A stretch of DNA of 8,737 bases from Promethearchaeota archaeon (GCA_048938295.1 JBHLMI010000002.1:143053-151789), one strand, 5' to 3'. Positions 1 through 6,401 are shown, numbered from the stretch's first letter. A program made the numbers and translations. Notes: a model not told the origin generated them from the sequence alone.

Positions 1-45
1 ATTATTGATGAGTTCATCAGTCGAGAGGAAAGGTTATTTCAATAA
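1..45 (+). CDS. Possible 3' end of an upstream gene (fragment IIDEFISREERLFQ*)
   Basis: Frame 1 is open from the window edge to TAA at 43-45, ending 14 nt before the kinase start. The peptide looks like an amphipathic helix. Frame 2 (to TGA 47-49) is also open, and the fragment is too short to identify. Confidence 0.3.
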   Translation: MIDEFISREERLFQ

Positions 46-59
46 ATGAGGGCGTGTGA

Positions 60-1229
60 GTGGAAGGATACTCAGTGACGCTATCATCAGATAAGGCTCA
101 TCGAATCGGTTTTTTGATAAATCCAATAGCTGGAATGGGGGGCCGCGTCGGATTGAAAGGCACCGACGGAGTCGTTAAGCAAGCTCAAATGATGGGTGCA
201 GAACCTATTGCACCACTCCGTGCAGCACAATTTGTGAACACCTTCTTACGACTATATCGCGACAAGCCAGAGGCTAACTGGATAACCTGCCCAGAACCCA
301 TGGGTGCCCGTATTTTAATTGAGGCAGGCATTACACCTGAAGTTGTGCCGATGGAATTATTCAAAACTACAACAGATGCTGACACGAAGCGGGCTGTAGA
401 GCTTTTTGTAGAGCGGGAAGTGGAAATACTCGTTTTTGTTGGCGGGGATGGTACAGCAAGGGATATTTTGGACGTCTTAGGGAAAAACGCTGAGGTTTTA
501 GTTCTTGGGGTACCAGCTGGTGTGAAGATGTATAGTGGCATCTTCGCATATTCCCCGGAAGCAGCAGCGCGGGTCCTAATTGACTGGTTGATGGGCGAAA
601 CGCAAATTGAGACCTTTGAGATCATGGATGCTGATGAAGAGGCAATCCGGAGTGACGAGTTTGTTGTCACACTCTATGGGTTCCTTCAAGGACCCCTTGT
701 TCCTGCGCGAATGCAAGGCTCAAAAATGACATCGCCCACGACAGTGGATGAACGGGATAACCAGGATGCTGTGGCCCGTACCCTGCTTGAAGAAATGGTG
801 GAAGGAGATACGTATATTCTGGGTCCCGGTTCAACCGTACGAGCATTCGCTAAGATATTAGGTGTCGAAAAAACCTTACTTGGAGTGGACGTCTACCAGC
901 AAGGTGACGTACATTTGGATGTCAATGAAGAGCAGCTACTCAAATTGGTACCTGATTTCTTGCATGCCTGGATCGTTGTGTCACCTATAGGAAACCAGGG
1001 AATGCTGTTTGGTCGGGGAAACCAGCAAATCAGCCCCAACATCATTCGTAAAATTCCTCCTGAACAAATCATTGTCATTGCCACACACAGTAAAATCGCT
1101 AGCTTGGCAGAGCAAGGACTCCACGTAGACACCGGGGATCCTGAGGTAGATAAAATGCTTAGTGGCTTTGTTCGGGTTCTCGTTGATTACAGAACCTGGC
1201 GCATGGTGAATGTAAACCGTAATGAATAA
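60..1229 (+). CDS. ATP-NAD/AcoX kinase family protein (COG3199-type, substrate uncertain)
   Basis: 389 aa. N-terminal GFLINPIAGMGG..GLKGTDG, GGDGT motif (441-455), GVPAGVKMYSG, GPGST, TLLGVD, GRGNQQISP and VDTGDP, all typical of this family. GTG start with GAGG (48-51) upstream. Confidence 0.85.
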   Translation: MEGYSVTLSSDKAHRIGFLINPIAGMGGRVGLKGTDGVVKQAQMMGAEPIAPLRAAQFVNTFLRLYRDKPEANWITCPEPMGARILIEAGITPEVVPMELFKTTTDADTKRAVELFVEREVEILVFVGGDGTARDILDVLGKNAEVLVLGVPAGVKMYSGIFAYSPEAAARVLIDWLMGETQIETFEIMDADEEAIRSDEFVVTLYGFLQGPLVPARMQGSKMTSPTTVDERDNQDAVARTLLEEMVEGDTYILGPGSTVRAFAKILGVEKTLLGVDVYQQGDVHLDVNEEQLLKLVPDFLHAWIVVSPIGNQGMLFGRGNQQISPNIIRKIPPEQIIVIATHSKIASLAEQGLHVDTGDPEVDKMLSGFVRVLVDYRTWRMVNVNRNE

Positions 1230-1252
1230 GGTTAGCAACATTTTTCTAACCT
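1229..1252 (+). terminator. Inverted repeat overlapping the kinase stop codon; possible terminator or RNA-stabilising hairpin
   Basis: AGGTTAG (1229-1235), a 10-nt loop containing TTTTT, then CTAACCT (1246-1252). Confidence 0.4.
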
Positions 1253-1287
1253 AAACCCCTTGACCCGAACTACCAGGAAATGGAGCG

Positions 1288-1656
1288 ATGACCGTGGCAA
1301 AGGATAAGAAGAAACCAAAAGCTGAACGAACTAAATCTACACCTGAACCAGGAGAAACCAGTGTTCCAGAGAAAGAGGAATCTGGACCTCAGATGATGGA
1401 CATTAGCGCATTACCTGTCTGGCAGCTCTTACCCCTTTTCATCCGAATCCTTGATTCTGTGGCTTGGCAAAAAATGGGCCTTATCGTAAACCCGATGACG
1501 CAGGAAATCGATAAAGACCTTGTGCAAGCACGTGCCGCCATCGATTCGTACGAGGCACTTTTAGGGCAACTGAAAGAGCATCTCGAACCTGAGGCGAAAA
1601 AAGCTCTTGAATCCCGTTTGGCGGATTTGAAACTCAACTTTTCCACTCAAGCTTGA
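1288..1656 (+). CDS. DUF1844-like small helical protein
   Basis: The segment LFIRILDSVAWQKMGLIVNPMTQEIDKDLVQARAAIDSYEALLGQLKEHLEPEAKKALESRLADLKLNF fits the DUF1844 pattern as I recall it (A...LG...NP.T.....DL..A...ID....L......L...E...L...L..L...F). It has a Lys/Glu/Pro-rich N-terminal extension. GGAG at 1282-1285 is better spaced for GTG 1294 than for ATG 1288. Confidence 0.75.
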   Translation: MTVAKDKKKPKAERTKSTPEPGETSVPEKEESGPQMMDISALPVWQLLPLFIRILDSVAWQKMGLIVNPMTQEIDKDLVQARAAIDSYEALLGQLKEHLEPEAKKALESRLADLKLNFSTQA

Positions 1657-1661
1657 GCACG

Positions 1662-1685
1662 TTTACTTAGTAAAACTGTTTAATA
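1662..1685 (+). promoter_or_regulatory. Candidate promoter and operator upstream of egsA
   Basis: Palindrome TTTACT-T-AGTAAA (1662-1674) lies just upstream of a TATA-like TTTAATA (1679-1685). Confidence 0.3.
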
Positions 1686-1732
1686 GGACAAAGCGGAAAG
1701 CTATGCTAATCGAGCAGGATGGTGGAAGTATA

Positions 1733-2797
1733 ATGAAGAAGGAAGGCAATGCCCATCGAATGCAGCTCCCTGGGGAAGTGGTCATTGGGTCAGGGGTCAT
1801 TCACCAACTCGGTGAAGTGACTCAACGTGTGGTCTCAGCGCGTCGTGCAATCCTTATCTCTGACAAAGATGTCATGAAAATTACAGGTAACGACGCTATC
1901 GAATCCCTTGAAAACGCAAAATTCAGCACCGAAGTTGTCATCATCAAAAAAGCTACTGAGCCTGAGGTGGAAAAATCCTGTGAGGGAATCCGAAAACAAA
2001 GTGCAGGTGTCGTTGTCGCCGTCGGGGGAGGATCTGTCATCGATACTGCTAAATTATGTTCCACATACGAAAGAAAACCCTTCATCAGTGTACCCACTTC
2101 TGCCGCGCATGATGGAATCTCCAGTCCACGCGCCTCAATCAAGAAAGATGGGACCTCAGTATCATTTGAAGGCCAGTCTCCCATTGCAATAGTTGCTGAT
2201 ACACGCATCATCGCCCAAGCCCCCTATCGATTTACAGCAGCTGGATGCGGTGATTTAATATCTAAAATCACTGCCGTGCGTGATTGGAAGCTAGCAAATA
2301 CCCTCGGATACGAGTATTATGGGGAGTATTCAGCATCTCTTTCGTTGATGGGAGCTACCATTATCATGGAAAATGCCGCGATGATCAGACTAAACGACGA
2401 GCATAGTATACGGCTCGTTGTCGAGGCATTGATTGCGAGTGGAATAGCCATGGGCATTGCAGGCTCAAGTCGTCCCGCTAGTGGTGCGGAGCATAAGTTC
2501 AGCCATGCCCTTGATCGGATCGCCCCTAAACCCGCCTTTCATGGCGAGCAATGCGGTGTAGGAACAATCATGATGGGTTATCTGCATGCCATTGATTGGG
2601 AAGAAATCCGCGATACTCTAGCGACCATTGGTGCACCAACGACTGCAACACAACTTGGTGTAGATTCAGAACACATTATTGAGGCACTCAAAATTGCCCA
2701 CACAATAAATCCAAACCGCTATACCATATTAGGTGAGAGAGGACTCACTGAGAAAGCTGCTGAAAGGCTTGCTCGAATCACAGGAGTAATTACCTAA
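1733..2797 (+). CDS. egsA: sn-glycerol-1-phosphate dehydrogenase [NAD(P)+], archaeal ether-lipid backbone enzyme
   Basis: Motifs MQLP.EV.IG, VGGGSVIDTAK, VPTSAAHDGISSPRASI, GCGDLISK.TAV.DW.LA, GEYYGEYSASL, RPASGAEHKFSHALD, HGEQCGVGTIMM.YLH and the C-terminal RYTILGE.GLT..AAE.LA..TGVI match archaeal EgsA over its full length. I prefer start ATG 1733, which has GGTGG at 1721-1725; the ORF track starts at 1703. Confidence 0.95.
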   Translation: MKKEGNAHRMQLPGEVVIGSGVIHQLGEVTQRVVSARRAILISDKDVMKITGNDAIESLENAKFSTEVVIIKKATEPEVEKSCEGIRKQSAGVVVAVGGGSVIDTAKLCSTYERKPFISVPTSAAHDGISSPRASIKKDGTSVSFEGQSPIAIVADTRIIAQAPYRFTAAGCGDLISKITAVRDWKLANTLGYEYYGEYSASLSLMGATIIMENAAMIRLNDEHSIRLVVEALIASGIAMGIAGSSRPASGAEHKFSHALDRIAPKPAFHGEQCGVGTIMMGYLHAIDWEEIRDTLATIGAPTTATQLGVDSEHIIEALKIAHTINPNRYTILGERGLTEKAAERLARITGVIT

Positions 2798-2822
2798 TCT
2801 GCACCCGTCACAGCAGATTTTT
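2796..2822 (+). terminator. Hairpin plus T-tract after egsA
   Basis: AATCTGC (2796-2802), a 10-nt loop, GCAGATT (2813-2819), running into a T5 tract (2818-2822). It overlaps TAA 2795-2797. Confidence 0.55.
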
Positions 2823-2917
2823 GTAGGCGCCCTCGTTTAAAACACCTTGCAAGACCATACAACCCGGTATTTCTCAATGGCGGAGAATATAAAAGGGTAA
2901 ATTTGTATTCAAAAATT

Positions 2918-2935
2918 CTGTAATTTTATTTACAG
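2918..2935. promoter_or_regulatory. Candidate operator or TATA region of the serine hydrolase gene
   Basis: CTGTAA-TTTTAT-TTACAG: perfect 6-bp arms around an AT-rich core, ending 37 nt before ATG 2973. Confidence 0.35.
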
Positions 2936-2972
2936 GCAGAATCACTAATCTTTGTACCCTCTATCCAACCCA

Positions 2973-4667
2973 ATGACCCAAATAAATGTCGATAATAATC
3001 AGGAAATTGTCAGAAACGGAATGGGGAGCCGTATCGACCAGTTTCTGAAACGTGCCTTGAACTTTGGTTTTGTAGGCTCAATTCTTATCGCAAGGAAAGG
3101 AAAGATTCTCCTCCAGAAAGGTTACGGTCTAGCAAACACAACCACTAATGTCCCTTTCACACATAATACCATTGTTGACATAGGTTCACTTAGCAAGCAG
3201 TTCACCGCCACAGCGATTCTACATTTAGAACAGGAAGGGAAATTAACCGTACAGGATCCCATCACTTGCTTTTTTGATGATGTGCCAAAAGACAAGCAGG
3301 AAATAACCTTGCACCATCTTCTTACTCACACATCTGGTCTACCTCTCAAACATGGAAGCGATTTTGAATATTATGAAACAGGTCGTTTCATTACTGATGT
3401 TCTTGCCCTTCCCTTGGCCTTCAGGCCAGGTACTGAGTATAAGTATAGCAATCCTGCTTTCGCCCTTCTAGCTATAATCATCGAACAGCTCACTACTCAA
3501 ACGCTTCAGACCTTCCTAAAAACCACTTTCTTTGATCCCCTTGGATTAGAGAAAATTGGATGGTATGGAACGAATATCTGGTCGGAGGAAGAAGTAGCCC
3601 ATGTCTACATTGAAGGCCACGAAAACGGTTCCCCCCTGATCTGGCCAGGACCCTATCGACCACTACTCGGAAATGGGGGAATCTGCTGCCCTATCAATGA
3701 ATTATACCGCTGGATGCAGGCCATCAAAAATAACGTCTTTTTAACTAAAGAAAGCACAACCAAACTATTCACACCGTTTCTAGAAGATACAGCTTATGGT
3801 TGGGATGTTCTGCAAACTAAGTATGGACGCCGCATCTGGCATAATGGAGGCACCGATTCAGGAGCAAATTCAGAACTCACTTGGTTTAGCGATTTAGATT
3901 TACTAATCATTGCTTTTTCGAATAACATTCTCTTTGGAGAAGATGTAGGATATATGGCAATCTGGCCAATTCGGTCGATCTTGTTCAACAACCCTTATAC
4001 TCTTCCCCCAAGCTTACCAGAACTAAAACTGGGACCCATCAAGCTACAACATCTTATCGGTTCCTATGCTTTTCCTGAAGGGGGTGAGATCAGCCTCACT
4101 GCTCAATCAGATTTTTTGGTCCTATCGGTCCGTGGACAACAAGCACTAGATTTTTGCCTTTTTCCAGAGAATGGACCCCCCGAGGAATACGCGCTATACG
4201 ATCAATCTTCCAATCTGCTTGTTGAAGGACTTTTTGACGATGATTTTACTATTCTGAAAGAGTATGCTGCAAACAAGTCTCAAATTCCTCTGTTAGAATC
4301 TTCACTTCAACGATGGATTCGCATCTGTGAGGACCTTTATGGCCCATATCAAATGCATCAAATCCTTGGAACAGCCCCATTCAAAGAATTCTTTGATGCA
4401 ACATGGCTGCATTTTGATTTTAAAGATGGACAAAATGGAATCGGTATAGTCTGGAAAGACAAACAACTTATCCGAATTACCGAAACATACTATCCCTATC
4501 CAGTCATTATTCCCTTTCTTCAACAAACAGACACCCAATTCATTGGACATACTATCTTGTTTAATCAGACCTTGCAGCTTACCTGTGAGGACACAGAGGC
4601 CCCAATCACAGGATTTCACCTACATAATGGTAACAATTCCTTCTTCATCCCCAATACTTCTTGTTGA
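2973..4667 (+). CDS. Serine hydrolase of the class C beta-lactamase / D-peptidase / esterase family, with an extra C-terminal region
   Basis: SxxK = SLSK (3186-3197), LLTHTSGL, YxN = YSN (3444-3452), GNGG, and motif III HNGG (3840-3851). No hydrophobic signal peptide is visible. ATG 2973 is preferred over TTG 2952. Confidence 0.9.
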   Translation: MTQINVDNNQEIVRNGMGSRIDQFLKRALNFGFVGSILIARKGKILLQKGYGLANTTTNVPFTHNTIVDIGSLSKQFTATAILHLEQEGKLTVQDPITCFFDDVPKDKQEITLHHLLTHTSGLPLKHGSDFEYYETGRFITDVLALPLAFRPGTEYKYSNPAFALLAIIIEQLTTQTLQTFLKTTFFDPLGLEKIGWYGTNIWSEEEVAHVYIEGHENGSPLIWPGPYRPLLGNGGICCPINELYRWMQAIKNNVFLTKESTTKLFTPFLEDTAYGWDVLQTKYGRRIWHNGGTDSGANSELTWFSDLDLLIIAFSNNILFGEDVGYMAIWPIRSILFNNPYTLPPSLPELKLGPIKLQHLIGSYAFPEGGEISLTAQSDFLVLSVRGQQALDFCLFPENGPPEEYALYDQSSNLLVEGLFDDDFTILKEYAANKSQIPLLESSLQRWIRICEDLYGPYQMHQILGTAPFKEFFDATWLHFDFKDGQNGIGIVWKDKQLIRITETYYPYPVIIPFLQQTDTQFIGHTILFNQTLQLTCEDTEAPITGFHLHNGNNSFFIPNTSC

Positions 4668-4684
4668 GGCCTACGTAACAACAA
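4661..4684 (+). terminator. Inverted repeat overlapping the serine hydrolase stop codon
   Basis: TTGTTG (4661-4666), a 12-nt loop, CAACAA (4679-4684), followed by TTTT (4687-4690). Confidence 0.3.
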
Positions 4685-4742
4685 ACTTTTGTACCTAAAC
4701 CGCAAGGGCGTACGTAAAATTATAATCGGGGATTCGAGTCGA

Positions 4743-6347
4743 ATGTTTAAAACCAGTTCAGAATATTTTCCTAAAGAAAAGAAAATCCTCAAGGACATGC
4801 CCTGGGTCGGACGCGTCTCCTTTGCTGATATGAAAGAAAAAGTCGAGGAAATCAGCACACGTCCCATCATGTGTAGCAATTGCGGGGCTGCCCTCACTAA
4901 TCCGGATTTAATTCAAGAGAGCCCCTCAAAGGGGAAAACCTTCAACTGCGAATTCTGCGGAACCTTAAATGTCATACCCCCAGAACTCATGCCAGGAACA
5001 GATCTCTCAGAATTCATACTCGGGCAACTCACCACAGCGAAACCCATCACCGAAGACACCCTACTAGCAGTCATTGATATTTCAGGATCAATGGGTGGTG
5101 GGAAATTGTCTGCTGTAAAAGAATCACTTATCCGAACGGTGACCGATCTCAGTGTCAATGCCCCTGAAACCACATTCGGTCTTCTAGCCTTCCATAGTGA
5201 AGTATATTGTTACGATGAGAACATGAAGAAGATCTTCATCCTCTCTGGCGACACGCGATATAGTGTTGAAGAAATCACAAAAGTGGTCGAATCAAAGCGC
5301 AAAGACGTCGAACTCAAACCCTTGAAAAAAACCAGGAAAAAGTGGGTGTCCAACATCCAAAAACTACGCGACATTGACATGACCGCCCTTGGCCCTGCAA
5401 TGGTCGCAGGATATGTCATCATGAAAGACCGGGGTGGACGCATCATTCTCCTCACCGATGGATTAGCCAACGAAGGGGTCGGCGCCCTCGAAGGATCGTC
5501 GACCACAGGAGCCCAGATCTACGAAGACTTAGCTATCAAAGCAGCGAACGCGAGTATCATCATTGATGTAGTCGGCATCAAAGACCCCTCTGCGTTCATG
5601 GCGTTAGAAGCGCTCGCAGTAATGCCTATGCAGACGGGTGGCACCATGTACTATGCACAGGCCGATGAAATCGCCGATGCCATGAGCTCTTCATCGGGTG
5701 GTAAGATCGTCGCTCGAGGTGTGAAAATGCGGATCATTGCACCCGAGGACATCGAACTGGCTGAAGTCAGTGGACTAGGTGGTGCAGAAGCTGATGGCCT
5801 CCGGAAGGGAATACGGATTGGCTCAGTGACTGAAGACCGCGAAGTATACGTCCGCCTCAGTCCCTCAGCCAAGGTGAAAGAAAAAGAAGTACCCATCCAA
5901 GTACAAGTCTCCTACATGGATGAGGAAGGCAACCAACGCATGCGCGTGATGACCAAACGCGTCAAAGTCACAGACAATGCCAAACCAATCATCGAGACCC
6001 TGGATGCTGAACTTCCAGCCACGTATGCCGTGCAACGAGCAGGTGAGGAACAATATCGCGGTGAAGTGGCGAAGAGTAAGAAAATCCTCCAAGAGACCCA
6101 AAACGCCTATCGAGCAGTTCAGAATCAAGCACCAGCAGGACTAGCGAAGGCCATCAAAAAAGCTGATAAAGTCCTTGATGATGAAATCGAGGAGGCAGAA
6201 AAAGTCGCTGTGCGCCAGAAAGAAGAGATGAGCAAACGCTCAGTAGTTGGAGTTGCTCAGGCTGCACCGATTGCCGATGAAGATGCTGCCATGAGTATGC
6301 AGAGGGCACGCAAATCAAGTAAAGAGCTGTTTGAAGACGAAGAATAG
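4743..6347 (+). CDS. Sec23/Sec24-like protein: Cys4 zinc finger + VWA (trunk) domain + beta-sandwich + helical C-terminus
   Basis: Zinc finger PIMCSNCGAALTNP...FNCEFCGTLNVIP (C-x2-C-x21-C-x2-C; cysteines at 4872-4958). VWA motifs LLAVIDISGS (DxSxS, 5076-5090), TALGPAM (5382) and GGRIILLTDGLANEGVGAL (TDG 5454-5462). Then YEDLA..AA..SIIIDV...TGG and the beta-sandwich signature ARGVKMRII...IQVQVSYMDEEGNQRMRVMTKRV (about 5712-5966), in the same domain order as Sec23/24. Likely start ATG 4743; the ORF track starts at TTG 4689. Confidence 0.8.
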   Translation: MFKTSSEYFPKEKKILKDMPWVGRVSFADMKEKVEEISTRPIMCSNCGAALTNPDLIQESPSKGKTFNCEFCGTLNVIPPELMPGTDLSEFILGQLTTAKPITEDTLLAVIDISGSMGGGKLSAVKESLIRTVTDLSVNAPETTFGLLAFHSEVYCYDENMKKIFILSGDTRYSVEEITKVVESKRKDVELKPLKKTRKKWVSNIQKLRDIDMTALGPAMVAGYVIMKDRGGRIILLTDGLANEGVGALEGSSTTGAQIYEDLAIKAANASIIIDVVGIKDPSAFMALEALAVMPMQTGGTMYYAQADEIADAMSSSSGGKIVARGVKMRIIAPEDIELAEVSGLGGAEADGLRKGIRIGSVTEDREVYVRLSPSAKVKEKEVPIQVQVSYMDEEGNQRMRVMTKRVKVTDNAKPIIETLDAELPATYAVQRAGEEQYRGEVAKSKKILQETQNAYRAVQNQAPAGLAKAIKKADKVLDDEIEEAEKVAVRQKEEMSKRSVVGVAQAAPIADEDAAMSMQRARKSSKELFEDEE

Positions 6348-6401
6348 CGCCCACGATACTATTCATTCGGGGGTGTTAAGTCCCCGAGTTTCTACTTTTT
6401 T
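6342..6401 (+). terminator. Tandem hairpins plus T-tract after the Sec23/24-like gene
   Basis: GAATAG (6342-6347) pairs with CTATTC (6359-6364) over an 11-nt loop. TCGGGG (6367-6372) pairs with CCCCGA (6382-6387). A T6 tract follows at 6396-6401, with a second T6 at 6440-6445. Confidence 0.6.

Noticed and set aside
5-20. TGATGA as box C of a C/D sRNA
   Set aside because: It is preceded by T rather than a purine, and no suitably placed CTGA box D or D' was found.
185-1241. Minus-strand ORFs 185-670, 367-549, 893-1132 and 981-1241
   Set aside because: They are antisense shadows of the well-supported kinase gene and have no recognisable motifs.
1389-2211. ORFs 1389-1646 (-), 1822-2211 (-) and 1908-2192 (+)
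   Set aside because: They lie inside DUF1844 or egsA in other frames, with Ser-rich, non-protein-like composition.
2918-2935. CTGT...ACAG as a LexA (SOS) box
   Set aside because: The spacing is N10, not the N8 of the E. coli-type box, and the host is archaeal.
2973-4667. Calling the hydrolase an ampC antibiotic-resistance gene
   Set aside because: The motifs are shared across the whole serine hydrolase family, motif III is HNG rather than KTG, and there is no signal peptide. Resistance cannot be inferred.
3794-4897. Minus-strand ORFs 3794-3991, 4302-4619 and 4616-4897
   Set aside because: They are antisense to the hydrolase and Sec23/24-like genes. 4616-4897 spans the intergenic gap but has no motif or RBS support.
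6327-6344. C-terminal LFEDEE as a di-acidic (DxE) COPII export signal
   Set aside because: The motif is very short, acidic tails are common, and DxE signals belong to cargo rather than to coat proteins.
4743-6347. Assigning the gene symbol sec23 or sec24
   Set aside because: It lacks the gelsolin-like domain, retains MIDAS and mixes features of both paralogues. Orthology needs a tree.
4913-6366. Series of minus-strand ORFs (4913-5173, 5210-5506, 5651-5896, 5865-6128, 6154-6366)
   Set aside because: This is the usual antisense openness opposite a codon-biased gene, not an overlapping gene system.
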